64,000 bases of DNA, taken from positions 160,001 through 224,000 of the forward strand of contig CAVQSP010000011.1 of NCBI GenBank assembly GCA_963715985.1, in the 5' to 3' direction. Source of the stretch: an uncultured Thermoleophilia bacterium. GTDB taxonomy: Bacteria > Actinomycetota > Thermoleophilia > UBA2241. The position numbers were made by a program, and so were the translations under genes. The notes below the pieces were generated by a model. That model saw only the letters and a program-made list of their open reading frames with translations, was not told the origin of the DNA and did no database searches. Of the stretch, positions 1-9,824 are shown in pieces; positions within the stretch are counted from its first letter, which is position 1; every line of letters begins with the position of its first letter.

Positions 1-102
1 GCGCATGTGACCGTTGCGAAGGAGGCGGATGGGGGACTGCCGCGGAGGCCGCGGAGAGCGTAGTGTGAACGTCGACAGAAGAGGCGGACTCAAGGGAGCC
101 CC

Positions 103-366
103 ATGACTGAGCCGATTTGCGCGAGCTGTCCATGGTGGCAGCGGCATCCTGACCGCGTGCGCTGCGAGGCCGTGACACCGGGCGGCCCGGCGGTGGAGGA
201 ACGCACGCCGAGCGAGGGCGGCGAGTGTCGCAAGCTGCCGCCGCTGCACGTCCTTCTGGACGATGGGTCCGGCGGCCTGACGGCCGGGCACACCTTCCCG
301 GTCACGGACGCCGAGACGTGGTGCGGCGAGCACCCGGACCGCCGCCGCAGCACGCCTTCGTCCTGA
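103..366 (+). CDS. small Cys-rich hypothetical protein (mobile-element type)
   Basis: 87 aa ORF with GGGAG RBS; CxxC...C...PP...FP...WCGEH pattern like small phage/prophage hypothetical proteins. Confidence 0.55.
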   Translation: MTEPICASCPWWQRHPDRVRCEAVTPGGPAVEERTPSEGGECRKLPPLHVLLDDGSGGLTAGHTFPVTDAETWCGEHPDRRRSTPSS

Positions 367-701
367 GTAGCACCGCCGCCTACGGCAAGCCGGCCGTCGG
401 CGCGGGGACAGACGAGCACCGGCCCAGGCGTCGACAAGCGGCCGGCGGGATGGAGGCGTCCGACCACTCCGCCCCACCGGCCGCTCAGTCACCATACAGC
501 GCCTCGCGCGCGTGACAGGGTGACGATGGGGGCGCCTGGGCGACGATGCCCCAGACGCCAGCGGCCCTGCTCCGGACCGCTGCGCTGGACTCCTCAGCCA
601 TGCCGCCACCCCAGTCCTCGGCACAGACGGATGCGAGGACCGTCTGTACGCAGTCTGAACTCCGCCCGTGCTCCCACCGTGCGCCGACAGCACCGGACGG
701 C

Positions 702-752
702 CTCGGCACACGGAACCGAAGGCCGCAGGTTCGAGTCCTGCCGTGCGCGCCA
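702..752 (+). repeat. degenerate 3' half of a tRNA-Arg (att-like remnant)
   Basis: T-arm GCAGG-TTCGAGT-CCTGC (725-741), acceptor 3' strand CGTGCGC, G, CCA (750-752), preceded by CTCGGC..ACG.AACCGA like the tRNA-Arg(ACG) anticodon arm; no D-arm or full 5' acceptor strand. Confidence 0.65.
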
Positions 753-987
753 CTCCCTCCTCCGTACCCAAGCACCCGTCCGCGTCTGGCCGCAGTCCGC
801 CCGCACGTCGGCCGCCGCCGCAAGTCCCGGGTCTTCGGCCCCGCCATCGTGCCCCCCTGTCGCGACAGCGTTCCGGGCGCAGGCGGGCGTGGCCTATACT
901 CGCGAGGACCGCGACACGACCTGGAGACGCCGCAGGGCCCGTCCCCAGCCCGCCGAGAACGACCACCGCTCTCAGAAGGAGGCACAG

Positions 988-1362
988 ATGCCGATCACAC
1001 CGATGTCCGAGCTCGTCGAGGTCTGGCTGTGGGAGCCCGACGCGAAGCGTGAGCCCTTCGCTCACGAATCTCGACCGCTGGAGTACATCCCGGCCGCGCC
1101 GCTCCCCCGGAACGGGGACATCATCCACCTGCCTCCGAACCTCACCGGCGACACCACGGAGCAGGCGTTCGGCTACGGCGGCACGCGTACGCCGTTCAGG
1201 GTCATGGAATGCTCGCACGTGTACTCCAGGGAGAAGGACGAGAAGCTCGACGTCGGCAGCCTCATGCCTGCCGTTTACGTGAAGACCCTCATCTTCGTCG
1301 AGCGTCTCAGCCCCAAGGAGTTCTACGATGACCGTGGCTGGACTCGGGAACCGGGGGTGTGA
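988..1362 (+). CDS. hypothetical protein
   Basis: AGGAGG RBS before ATG 988; codon usage matches the genome; 124 aa. Confidence 0.6.
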   Translation: MPITPMSELVEVWLWEPDAKREPFAHESRPLEYIPAAPLPRNGDIIHLPPNLTGDTTEQAFGYGGTRTPFRVMECSHVYSREKDEKLDVGSLMPAVYVKTLIFVERLSPKEFYDDRGWTREPGV

Positions 1363-1418
1363 GCGGCGCCCGCAGCGAGTCACTTCACATACCCGCCGGC
1401 GGCCGCGCCGGAGGGAGG

Positions 1419-2693
1419 CTACTCCAGCAACTTCGCCTTCATGGCCGAGAACTCGGCGTCTGTGATCGAGCCGGCGAGGCGTAATGCCGTGAGCCGTTCC
1501 ACCGCCGCATCCACGGCAGGTCTGGGCACCGGCCGCGGGCCCGGCGCAGCGCCCGTCTCCTCCGCCGGCGCGGCCTCCGTGACCACCGGCCCGAGGAGCG
1601 CGCGGAACTCGGCGTCCGAGAGCGAGCCCTCGGCGTGCTGCGTGGCCAGCCGCTCGACCTCGTCGATCATGCCGGGAGCCGGCGGTCCGTCCGCCGGACC
1701 GGCGAACGGCACGCCGGCCAGGGCGAGGACGGGCCCGACCGCCGCACGTACCTTGTCGGGGCTCATGCGATCGATCGCGTAGGTCGCGCCGCCGCCCGCC
1801 TCGGGGCACGCCACGAGGAACGTGCGGTCGATCGATCCCTTCGCACCGAGGCTGACGTTGCCGACGCTCACTGTGGCGACCACCGGTGACGTGGCCACCT
1901 GCTCGCCGAGCACGCGGACGCCGGCGAGGCTCGCCATCCTGAGCGAGGCGACCACGCTACCGTCGGCGACCTGGATACCGACGTACTCGGTGGTGACCCA
2001 CAGTCTGCCGTCGACGGCGGCGCCGAGCTCAGGCGGACCGCAGACGTAGTGCGCGCGGTCGAAACAGCAGGCGACCGGCGGAGTCGCGCCCGGCTGCGCG
2101 AGCGAGCCGACCCAGGCGCGCGTGCCCTGCATGGCCCAGACGAGTGGCACGGCGCGGTCGAGGGCGACCACCTGGGCGGCGGAGACGGGCCCGGAGCCCT
2201 CGAGCACGAACTGACCGTCCTCGTGCGTGATCTTCTTGCCGGCCCACCCTGTGCCCGGCCCGAACGTCGCCACAAGCACGGCTCCCCCTCTTCCCCTTCG
2301 GCTTCCGCCGTGAGACGGCGCCGTCCTCAGGCGGGCGCCGGCCACTCCTGCGAGCTCGCCCAGGCTGCTCAGCACAGCCGCGAGCGCGTCGTGGTCGAGC
2401 TCGTAGAAGGTCCACTTGCCGCGCACCTCCTCCGTCACCAGGCCCGCTTCCTTGAGGACGCGCAGGTGATACGAGGTGCGCGACTGCCCCAGCCCGAACT
2501 GCTCCTGGAACTCGCACACGCAGATGCCGGCCGGCGTGCCGGCGCCGGGGACCTTGCGCGTGCAGGGATCCGCGAACGCACAGCAGTCGCGCCCCGCTGC
2601 GAGGATGCCGATCATCTTCAGGCGGATGGGGTCGGACAGAGCCTTGGCGACGCGCGCGAGCTGCGTGACGTCCGCGGTCTCGACTGGCATCAT
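1419..2693 (-). CDS. ArsR/SmtB-family regulator read in frame into a SHOCT-domain protein (possibly two genes)
   Basis: N-terminal ALSDPIRL..CC..ICVCE..SQSRTSYHLRVLKEAGLV HTH; two C-terminal SHOCT-like motifs (GSLSDAEF, GSITDAEFSAMKAKLL); internal RBS plus GTG at 2279. Confidence 0.75.
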   Translation of the reverse strand: MMPVETADVTQLARVAKALSDPIRLKMIGILAAGRDCCAFADPCTRKVPGAGTPAGICVCEFQEQFGLGQSRTSYHLRVLKEAGLVTEEVRGKWTFYELDHDALAAVLSSLGELAGVAGARLRTAPSHGGSRRGRGGAVLVATFGPGTGWAGKKITHEDGQFVLEGSGPVSAAQVVALDRAVPLVWAMQGTRAWVGSLAQPGATPPVACCFDRAHYVCGPPELGAAVDGRLWVTTEYVGIQVADGSVVASLRMASLAGVRVLGEQVATSPVVATVSVGNVSLGAKGSIDRTFLVACPEAGGGATYAIDRMSPDKVRAAVGPVLALAGVPFAGPADGPPAPGMIDEVERLATQHAEGSLSDAEFRALLGPVVTEAAPAEETGAAPGPRPVPRPAVDAAVERLTALRLAGSITDAEFSAMKAKLLE

Positions 2694-2726
2694 GCCTCCC
2701 TCACAACAAATCCCGATGATTTGGTC

Positions 2727-2775
2727 TTGACATCAAGCTCTTCTGATGGGAGCATCATACCATCAAAACGTGATG
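2727..2775. promoter_or_regulatory. arsM promoter region with probable ArsR operators
   Basis: TTGACA at 2727-2732; inverted repeats CATCA-N8-TGATG (2731-2748) and CATCA-N5-TGATG (2761-2775) between divergent arsR and arsM. Confidence 0.5.
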
Positions 2776-2791
2776 TGGGAGAGTGGGAGCC

Positions 2792-3664
2792 ATGAGCGAC
2801 GACACGATGATAGGCGAGAGCACGGACCTGAAGGAAGAGATCCGCGAGCGCTACGCCGAGCGGGCGCGGGAGGTCACCGAGTCGGCGCGTCCCGCGAGCT
2901 GCTGCGGTCCGTCCGCCACTGCAGCCTCCTGCTGCGGCGCCACGGAGGTCGTTCCCAACGACGAGTTCGCCCACGGGCTGTACAGCGTCGAGGAGACCGG
3001 GGAGCTGCCCAAAGAGGCGGTGCTCGCGAGCCTCGGCTGTGGCAACCCGACCGCGCTGGCGGAGCTGCACGCGGGCGAGGTCGTGCTCGATCTGGGCAGC
3101 GGCGGCGGCATCGACGTGCTGCTCTCCGCCCGGCGCGTGGGCCCGACGGGCAAGGCCTACGGTCTCGACATGACCGACGACATGCTCGCCCTGGCGCGCG
3201 AGAACCAGGCCAAGGCCGGCGTCACCAACGTCGAGTTCCTCAGGGGCGAGATCGAGGCGGTCCCGCTCCCCGACGCGTCGGTGGACGTGATCATCAGCAA
3301 CTGCGTCATCAACCTCTCGCTCGACAAGGACAAGGTGCTCGCCGAGGCGTTCCGCGTGCTCAGGCCCGGCGGCCGCTTCGCGGTCAGCGACATGGTCTTC
3401 AGAGGCGACCTCAGCGCCGTCCCCGACGAGATCATGCGCAGCGTCGAGATGTGGGGCGGCTGCATCGCGGGAGCGCTCGAGGAGCGCGACTACATCGCCC
3501 GCCTCGAGCGCGCCGGTTTCGTCGACGCCGAGGTGGTCCAGACGCGCGACTACCGGGAGAGCTACGGCGCCGAGATCGAGCAGCAGTGCGGCGCCTCGAT
3601 CCCGGCCGACGTCAACCTCATCGGCGCGTTCATCCGGGCGACGAAGCCCGCGACGGGCGCCTGA
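2792..3664 (+). CDS. arsM: arsenite S-adenosylmethionine methyltransferase
   Basis: SCCG pairs, SLGCGNP, VLDLGSGGGID, DVIISNCVINL and WGGCIAGA motifs of ArsM. Confidence 0.93.
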   Translation: MSDDTMIGESTDLKEEIRERYAERAREVTESARPASCCGPSATAASCCGATEVVPNDEFAHGLYSVEETGELPKEAVLASLGCGNPTALAELHAGEVVLDLGSGGGIDVLLSARRVGPTGKAYGLDMTDDMLALARENQAKAGVTNVEFLRGEIEAVPLPDASVDVIISNCVINLSLDKDKVLAEAFRVLRPGGRFAVSDMVFRGDLSAVPDEIMRSVEMWGGCIAGALEERDYIARLERAGFVDAEVVQTRDYRESYGAEIEQQCGASIPADVNLIGAFIRATKPATGA

Positions 3665-3882
3665 GCGCGGGCCGGACCGGCATCCTCCGCCGTCTATCGC
3701 GGGCCTGGAGTCCCTCGTGGCTTCACGCCCGTTGATCATCGACCCCGGGGATCCCCGCTCTGCAGGCGGCTCACAGCTCACGCTGCGCCTCGAATCTCGT
3801 GGGGTGCCATCGCTCCAGGCGCTCCCCGTCCTGGGAAGACGGCCAAGCTTCTGCTCTCTGCCGTGACGCCAGCGTGACAGGC

Positions 3883-4112
3883 CTAAGTCAGCCTGGATGT
3901 CTCCATGACCGGGCGCATCTCCCTGCAGGGGATGCAGCCGTTGGAGTCGAGCTCCACGAACGTCACCATCGCCGTGCCGTTCGAGCGCCCGCAGATACGG
4001 GAGAGACGGAGGACCCGCCCGCGCTGCCGCAACCGGCCAGCGCGATGACGCCCGCCAAAGCGACAGCGAGCGTTGCGAGGACGCGCAGGCCGGTCGCGCG
4101 CCTGCGGGTCAT
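3883..4112 (-). pseudogene. truncated, frameshifted thioredoxin-like lipoprotein
   Basis: ATG overlaps the upstream TGA; signal peptide with LAGC lipobox, then after a frameshift VTFVELDSNGCIPCREMRPVME (CIPC thioredoxin motif); degenerates afterwards; absent from the ORF track. Confidence 0.65.
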
Positions 4113-4363
4113 CCCTGCGCGGCCAGCGCCGTCGTGATCATCGAGGTCACCTCAGCCTGCGACGGCACCTTGCCGCTCATCACGACCTTGCCGTCGATGA
4201 CCAGGGCCGGCGTCGACATCACGCCGTACGCCATGATCTTCGGGAACTCCTCGACCTTGACGAGCTCGGCGTCGTCGATGCCGAGGTCGCGTACCGCCGC
4301 CTCCGTGACGGCCATGAGCTTCTGACAGTTGGCGCAGCCTGAACCGAGGATCTCGAGCTTCAC
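4109..4363 (-). CDS. small redox-active disulfide protein (thioredoxin family, MTH895-like)
   Basis: ILGSGCANC and YGVMSTPALVIDG motifs; typical ars-operon companion. Confidence 0.9.
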   Translation of the reverse strand: MKLEILGSGCANCQKLMAVTEAAVRDLGIDDAELVKVEEFPKIMAYGVMSTPALVIDGKVVMSGKVPSQAEVTSMITTALAAQG

Positions 4364-4376
4364 GGGTGTCTCCTTC

Positions 4377-4766
4377 TCATCTATGACGCGTTACGTTTCG
4401 CGGGCGGTTGACGGTGACGGCGCAGGCGCTGCCCGCCCGTTCGAGGTCCGGCGGCGCGCTGCGCAGCCGCTCCACGTAGGCCAGGAACCCCTGGAGGTCG
4501 CCGTCGAAGCGCTCCCAGTCGATGGAGTAGTAGGTGCGCGTACCCTCGTTGCGCATCTTGACCAGCCCGGCGCTGCGGAGCAGCGCGAGGTGATGCGAGA
4601 CCAGCGGCTGGCTCTGGTCCAGCGGCCCCGTCATCTCGCAGACGCAGCGCTCGCCGCCCAGCAGGAACTCGATGATCTGCGCGCGTAGGGGGTTGCAGAA
4701 CGCCTTGAAGAAAGGCACGAAGTCGACAATGCTGCCGACCTCGGCCGGATCGCGGGCGATCTTCAT
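4377..4766 (-). CDS. arsR: ArsR-family transcriptional repressor
   Basis: ERCVCEM, SQPLVSHHLALLRSAGLV HTH; co-oriented with acr3. Confidence 0.88.
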   Translation of the reverse strand: MKIARDPAEVGSIVDFVPFFKAFCNPLRAQIIEFLLGGERCVCEMTGPLDQSQPLVSHHLALLRSAGLVKMRNEGTRTYYSIDWERFDGDLQGFLAYVERLRSAPPDLERAGSACAVTVNRPRNVTRHR

Positions 4767-4767
4767 C

Positions 4768-5883
4768 TCAGCTCCTCGGTGGGTCGCAGGCGACCTCGTC
4801 GACGCCGGCGGCGACCGCCGCCGGCACGGGTTCGTCGGTCATGTGCCAGTACTTGCGGCCCATCCACAGCGAGACGTTGACGAGACCGATGAGCACCGGC
4901 ACTTCGACGAGCGGGCCGATCACGCTGGCGAAGGCCTGGCCCGAGTTGAGGCCGAACACGGCGATGCTCACGGCGATCGCGAGCTCGAAGTTGTTGCTCG
5001 CGGCCGTGAACGAGAGTGTCGCCGTCTTGGAGTAGTCGGCGCCGATGCGTCGTCCCATGTAGAAGCTCACGAAGAACATGATCACGAAGTACAGCAGCAG
5101 CGGGATGGCGATGCGCACGACATCGAGCGGTAGTTTGACGATGAGCTCACCCTTGAGGCTGAACATCACGAAGATCGTGAACAGCAGGGCGATCAGCGTG
5201 AGCGGGCTGATGCGCGGGATGAACTTCTGCTCGTACCAGTCGCGACCCTTGGTCTTGAGCCCGATGTAGCGCGTGAGCATGCCGGCCAGGAAGGGGATGC
5301 CGAGGTAGATGAACACGCTCTTCGCGATCTGCCCGATGGAGACGTCGACGGCGGCGCCCTCGAGGCCGAAGAGCGGCGGCAGCTTGGTCACGAAGACCCA
5401 GGCGAAGACGCTGTAGAACAGCACCTGGAAGACCGCGTTGAAGGCCACTAGGCCGGCGGCGTACTCGGTGTCGCCCCTGGCCAGCTGGTTCCAGACGATG
5501 ACCATGGCGATGCAGCGCGCCAGACCCATCATGATGAGACCGACCATGAACTCGGGGTAGTTGTGCAGGAAGATGATGGCAAGGAAGAACATCACGAACG
5601 GGCCGATGATCCAGTTCTGCACCAGCGAGAGCCCGAGGATCTTGTAGTCGCGGAACACGTCGCCGAGCTCCTCGTAGCGCACCTTGGCGAGGGGCGGGTA
5701 CATCATCACGATGAGGCCGATGGCGATCGGGATGTTGGTGGTGCCCACCGACCAGCGCTGGATGAACTCCGGGATGCCCTGGTACGCCCAACCGAGGCCC
5801 ACGCCGACGAACATGGCGAGGAAGATCCAAAGCGTCAGGTAGCGGTCGAGAAACGAGAGTCGCTTGGTCACTCCCTGGGCCAT
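4768..5883 (-). CDS. acr3: Acr3-family arsenite efflux transporter
   Basis: [39 protein letters not shown] and GPLVEVPVL motifs. Confidence 0.95.
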   Translation of the reverse strand: MAQGVTKRLSFLDRYLTLWIFLAMFVGVGLGWAYQGIPEFIQRWSVGTTNIPIAIGLIVMMYPPLAKVRYEELGDVFRDYKILGLSLVQNWIIGPFVMFFLAIIFLHNYPEFMVGLIMMGLARCIAMVIVWNQLARGDTEYAAGLVAFNAVFQVLFYSVFAWVFVTKLPPLFGLEGAAVDVSIGQIAKSVFIYLGIPFLAGMLTRYIGLKTKGRDWYEQKFIPRISPLTLIALLFTIFVMFSLKGELIVKLPLDVVRIAIPLLLYFVIMFFVSFYMGRRIGADYSKTATLSFTAASNNFELAIAVSIAVFGLNSGQAFASVIGPLVEVPVLIGLVNVSLWMGRKYWHMTDEPVPAAVAAGVDEVACDPPRS

Positions 5884-5922
5884 GCCGCGTCTCCTAGTCG
5901 ATCGGCGTTGGTGTTCCTCGTG

Positions 5923-5979
5923 ACCTTACATTGACATATGTTTATGGTCAAGGTAGCTTGATATAAACACCTGTCGATG
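5923..5979. promoter_or_regulatory. divergent overlapping sigma70-type promoters with an inverted-repeat operator
   Basis: + strand TTGACA(5931)-N17-TAGCTT; - strand TTGACC-N17-TAAGGT; 17-bp imperfect inverted repeat 5929-5945 / 5963-5979. Confidence 0.6.
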
Positions 5980-5992
5980 AAAGGGACGCGCC

Positions 5993-6739
5993 GTGAGGAC
6001 ACTCGAGATGACTACGCCCTTCGCCGTCTTCAGTGACGTGCACGGCAACCTGCCGGGGCTCGAGGCTATTCTCGCGGACATCGAGCGCCGTGGGGTGCCG
6101 CACACGCTCTGCCTCGGCGACCTGGTCGGCTACGGCCCCTCCCCGAACGAAGTAGCCCTTCTCGTCCGCGACCGCGGGATCCCCAGCCTCATGGGCAACT
6201 ACGACCAGGGCATCGGCTTCGAGACCGGCGACTGCGGCTGCGTCTACAAGACCGACGAGCAAAGGGCCGAAGGGGCCGCCTCGCTCGCCTGGACGCAGGA
6301 GGCGGTGCGCGACGAAGTCAAGGCCTACCTGCGCACGCTCGAGGACCACTTCGTGCTGGCGACGCCGACCGGCGAACTGCTCGCCGTGCACGGCAGCCCG
6401 CGGCGCATCAACGAGTATCTCTTCGAGGACCGGCCGGCGTCCGCCATGGAGCGCATGGCCCGCGAGTACCCGTACCCGGCCATCCTCTTCGGCCACACGC
6501 ACGTGCCCTACGCGAGGCCTGTCGGCCAGACGACCTTCGTGAACGTGGGCAGCGGCGGCCGCCCCAAGGACGGCGACTGGCGCGTCTGCTACGCCGTCGT
6601 CGATCCCGCGCAGCTGGGGACGCCCGGCTTCGTCGAGTTCGTGCGCGTCCCCTACGACTACGAGCGCCTGCAGCGCGACCTGGCTGCGACGCCGCTGATC
6701 ACCAGCTTCGCGGCACCGCCACCCGCGGCGCAGGAGTGA
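5993..6739 (+). CDS. metallophosphoesterase (calcineurin-like, ars-associated)
   Basis: SDVHGN, LGDLVGYG, GNYD, HGSP and FGHTH motifs plus CGC; start may be ATG 6008. Confidence 0.88.
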   Translation: MRTLEMTTPFAVFSDVHGNLPGLEAILADIERRGVPHTLCLGDLVGYGPSPNEVALLVRDRGIPSLMGNYDQGIGFETGDCGCVYKTDEQRAEGAASLAWTQEAVRDEVKAYLRTLEDHFVLATPTGELLAVHGSPRRINEYLFEDRPASAMERMAREYPYPAILFGHTHVPYARPVGQTTFVNVGSGGRPKDGDWRVCYAVVDPAQLGTPGFVEFVRVPYDYERLQRDLAATPLITSFAAPPPAAQE

Positions 6740-6749
6740 TCCGCCATGA

Positions 6750-7916
6750 GTGAGCACGCCCTCGAGGTCAAGCAGGCCGTCCCGGCAGCCGGGGAGGCTG
6801 GCCGCGCCGGCCGCCGTGCCTACGTGTGCCTGCGACTCCACGCCCGCGTCGCCGGCGGAGGGCGCGGACGCCGCCGCCTCGCGGCGCAGGCTCACGCGGC
6901 TCTGGATGCGCCTGCCCATCTGGGCGCGGCTCGTGCTCGGCGTTGGCGCCTGGGCGCTCGTCTACCACTTCTGGCTGCCGTTCGTCGTCTGGCTCTTCCA
7001 CGGCGTCCTGCACGTCCCCGACACGCGCTGGGCCTCCGCGCTCGAGTTCTTCGTCTACGACACCGTCAAGGTGATGCTGCTGCTCACCCTCGTCGTCTTC
7101 GGCGTCGGCGTCGTGCGCTCGTTCTTCAGTCCGGAGCGGACCCGTGCCCTGCTGCGCGGGCGCCGCGAAACAACGGGCAACGTGATGGCCGCGAGCCTCG
7201 GCATCGTCACGCCCTTCTGCAGCTGCTCGGCGGTACCGCTCTTCATCGGCTTCGTCGAGGCCGGCATCCCGCTCGGCGTGACCTTCTCCTTCCTCATCGC
7301 CGCACCCATGGTCAACGAGATCGCGCTGGTGCTGCTGTACGGGCTCTTCGGCTGGTGGGTCGCGGCCCTCTACCTCGTCACCGGCCTCGTCATCGCCATC
7401 GTCGCCGGCTGGGTCATCGGCCACCTCGGCATGGAGCGCTACATCGAGGACTGGGTGCGCGAGGTGAGGATGGGCGAGGCGGCCGCGGGTGAGGAGTTGT
7501 CCTGGGCGCGTCGTATGAGCTACGCCTGGCAAGCCGTCAAGGACATCGTCGGCAAGGTCTGGCCCTACGTCGTCGCCGGCATCGCCGTCGGCGCCCTCAT
7601 CCACGGCTATGTCCCTGAGAACTTCATGGCCGGCATCATGGGCGCCGACGCCTGGTGGAGTGTCCCGCTCGCCGTCCTTCTCGGCATCCCCATGTACTCG
7701 AACGCCGCCGGCATCATCCCCATCGTCGAGGCGCTGCTCGAGAAAGGTGCCGCCCTGGGCACCGTGCTCGCCTTCATGATGGCGGTCATCGCGCTCTCGC
7801 TGCCCGAGACCATCATCCTCAAGAAGGTGCTGAAATGGCCGCTCATCTTCACCTTCCTGGGCGTGGTGGGTGTCGGCATCATGTGCGTCGGCTTCCTCTT
7901 CAACGCCGTGCTCTGA
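6750..7916 (+). CDS. ArsP/DUF318-family permease
   Basis: TPFCSCSAVPLFIG, APMVNE, GIPMYSNAAG and ALSLPE motifs; multiple TM segments. Confidence 0.88.
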   Translation: MSTPSRSSRPSRQPGRLAAPAAVPTCACDSTPASPAEGADAAASRRRLTRLWMRLPIWARLVLGVGAWALVYHFWLPFVVWLFHGVLHVPDTRWASALEFFVYDTVKVMLLLTLVVFGVGVVRSFFSPERTRALLRGRRETTGNVMAASLGIVTPFCSCSAVPLFIGFVEAGIPLGVTFSFLIAAPMVNEIALVLLYGLFGWWVAALYLVTGLVIAIVAGWVIGHLGMERYIEDWVREVRMGEAAAGEELSWARRMSYAWQAVKDIVGKVWPYVVAGIAVGALIHGYVPENFMAGIMGADAWWSVPLAVLLGIPMYSNAAGIIPIVEALLEKGAALGTVLAFMMAVIALSLPETIILKKVLKWPLIFTFLGVVGVGIMCVGFLFNAVL

Positions 7917-7937
7917 GTCGAGGACGGGGAGCGCCGT

Positions 7938-8741
7938 GTGGACACGCTGACCACCTTCAGCGACCGCCGCGAGTTCGAGCGTGCCGTGGCGCTGCTGCAG
8001 CGGCTCGGCCTTGCGCACGAGGTCGTCTCCCCCGAGCCCGGCTTCGCGAGCGTTGGGACGCCGGCCCTGGCGTTCTCGGCCGAGGCGCGGGCGAGCTTCC
8101 TGGAGGGCGGCGGGGTCGATATCGTCGACGCCGGCTGGGTCGACTACCGGCTGCCTGCCCAGGCCGTCCCCGAGGAGCCTCCGCGCGAGTTCGTCGAGGA
8201 TGTCGTTGGCAGGGTCGCGATCGTCGTCCTCGCGACCTGCATCGCCGATGCCGCTCGCCTGCGCCTGATCGCGCACTTCTCCGGCGACGTGGCGGAGGCC
8301 CTGCCGTACCTCAACGGCGAGCTCCTCCAAGGCTCCTACGTGCCGGCGATGCCGGTCTTCACCTACATGGACGGCCACCGCATGGTCTCGCTCTTCCGCG
8401 ACCGCATCGGGATCGCCAAGGCCGACGACATCGTCGACGCCTGGGCCAGCCTGGAGCGCGTGCGTTGCCTCGTCAACGACGTCTGGGCGCGGCGCGCAGA
8501 GATCACACCCTCGACGGAGACGCGCCGCCGGCCGCCGGCCCTCGAGATCTACAAGCGTCTGCCGGGCACCAACTGCAGGCAGTGCGGCGAAGCCACGTGC
8601 ATGGCCTTCGCCTGGGCGGTGTGGCGCGGCGACGCTGAGCCCCGGGACTGCCCGCCCGTCTTCGAGGGCGAGCGCGCAGATCTCAAGGATGCGCTGCTCG
8701 CCATCTGTGCCGGTCTCGGGCTGGGGGAGGACGACACGTGA
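7938..8741 (+). CDS. (Fe-S)-binding protein with C-terminal FeS domain
   Basis: LPGTNCRQCGEATCMAFA...CP 4-Cys motif. Confidence 0.75.
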   Translation: MDTLTTFSDRREFERAVALLQRLGLAHEVVSPEPGFASVGTPALAFSAEARASFLEGGGVDIVDAGWVDYRLPAQAVPEEPPREFVEDVVGRVAIVVLATCIADAARLRLIAHFSGDVAEALPYLNGELLQGSYVPAMPVFTYMDGHRMVSLFRDRIGIAKADDIVDAWASLERVRCLVNDVWARRAEITPSTETRRRPPALEIYKRLPGTNCRQCGEATCMAFAWAVWRGDAEPRDCPPVFEGERADLKDALLAICAGLGLGEDDT

Positions 8742-8947
8742 CGGCGGTCGCCGCCATCACATCGCCGTCCCCGGTCTTCTGAGCCCGCCGGCAGCGGAGG
8801 CCTCCACGATCCATGTACTGCTTCCATGAAGAGCGGACCAGATGATCAGCAGGCGTTGATGAAACGGGCCGCGGCGTGCCTCTCGAGACGCCGCTGCGAA
8901 CACGGTCCTCGACCTCGTCGCGAGGACGTCTCCCGAGGAGGGGCGCC

Positions 8948-9358
8948 ATGACCACGCTGCATACACCACCGGACTGGGCCTTCGAGTTCCACGGCCATCG
9001 CTGCCCGTTCATGCCCATCGGCTACCGCATGGGCAAGCTGGCCATGGAGCGCCTGGGCGTCGGAGGCGGCAACTTCGTCGTCCCCGCGCTCGTGTGGCTC
9101 GGGCTCGACGCAAAGCGCGCCGCCGGCACCACCGCCTTCGTCGTCGTCTTCGCCTCGTTCACGGGGTTCCTCGGCCAGGCCTCCGTCGCCTCCATCGACG
9201 TGGCACTGCTCGCCTGGACCGCCGCGGCCTCGATCATCGGCGCCCTCATCGGCTCGTGGCTCATGCACCGCAAGCTGCAGGCGGCGCAGGTCAAGACGTC
9301 CATCGGCGTGCTGCTCTTCTTCATCGCCGCCACGATGGCGTGGAAACTGCTGACGTGA
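8948..9358 (+). CDS. chimeric ORF: FmdE N-terminus fused to the C-terminal half of a TauE/SafE exporter
   Basis: [16 protein letters not shown] (FmdE) joined at LGV to [17 protein letters not shown] (TauE/SafE). Confidence 0.7.
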   Translation: MTTLHTPPDWAFEFHGHRCPFMPIGYRMGKLAMERLGVGGGNFVVPALVWLGLDAKRAAGTTAFVVVFASFTGFLGQASVASIDVALLAWTAAASIIGALIGSWLMHRKLQAAQVKTSIGVLLFFIAATMAWKLLT

Positions 9359-9418
9359 CCGAGCGAAATGGATCGGCCACAGTGACTGATAGGACAGTGC
9401 GACGAGAGGGAGGCGACT

Positions 9419-9760
9419 GTGCAAGCGCGAGCTGAGATCGATCCCGGCACCTGCGGCTTCACGGCGGTGGTGACCGCCAGTGTGGAGGGAGGGCGGAAGG
9501 CTCACTTCACCATCGAATCGCAGTGCGAGCACGTAGCAGTGCTGGCCGCGGCGCTGGAGGAGCACGAGGCGTTCGACGCCTACGATGAGATGGACTGGCG
9601 CACGGAGAGCCCGCTCCACACCCTGATGAGGGAGAGCCTCAAGGGGTCCTACGCCTGGTGCCCGGTCCCGCTGGGTCTGCTCAAGGCCATGCAGGTCGCT
9701 GCTGGCCTCAGCCTGTCCGATTCGATGTCCCTCACTGTGACCTCCGGAGAGACGACGTGA
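9419..9760 (+). CDS. conserved hypothetical protein (DUF6951-like)
   Basis: IDPGTCGF...SQC...CPVP motif; GGAGG RBS. Confidence 0.65.
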   Translation: MQARAEIDPGTCGFTAVVTASVEGGRKAHFTIESQCEHVAVLAAALEEHEAFDAYDEMDWRTESPLHTLMRESLKGSYAWCPVPLGLLKAMQVAAGLSLSDSMSLTVTSGETT

Positions 9761-9824
9761 CCGTCTGCGCGACAGACCGCCGACCGCCGGCCGAGACCAC
9801 CACGACAGCCGAAGGAGACTCACG

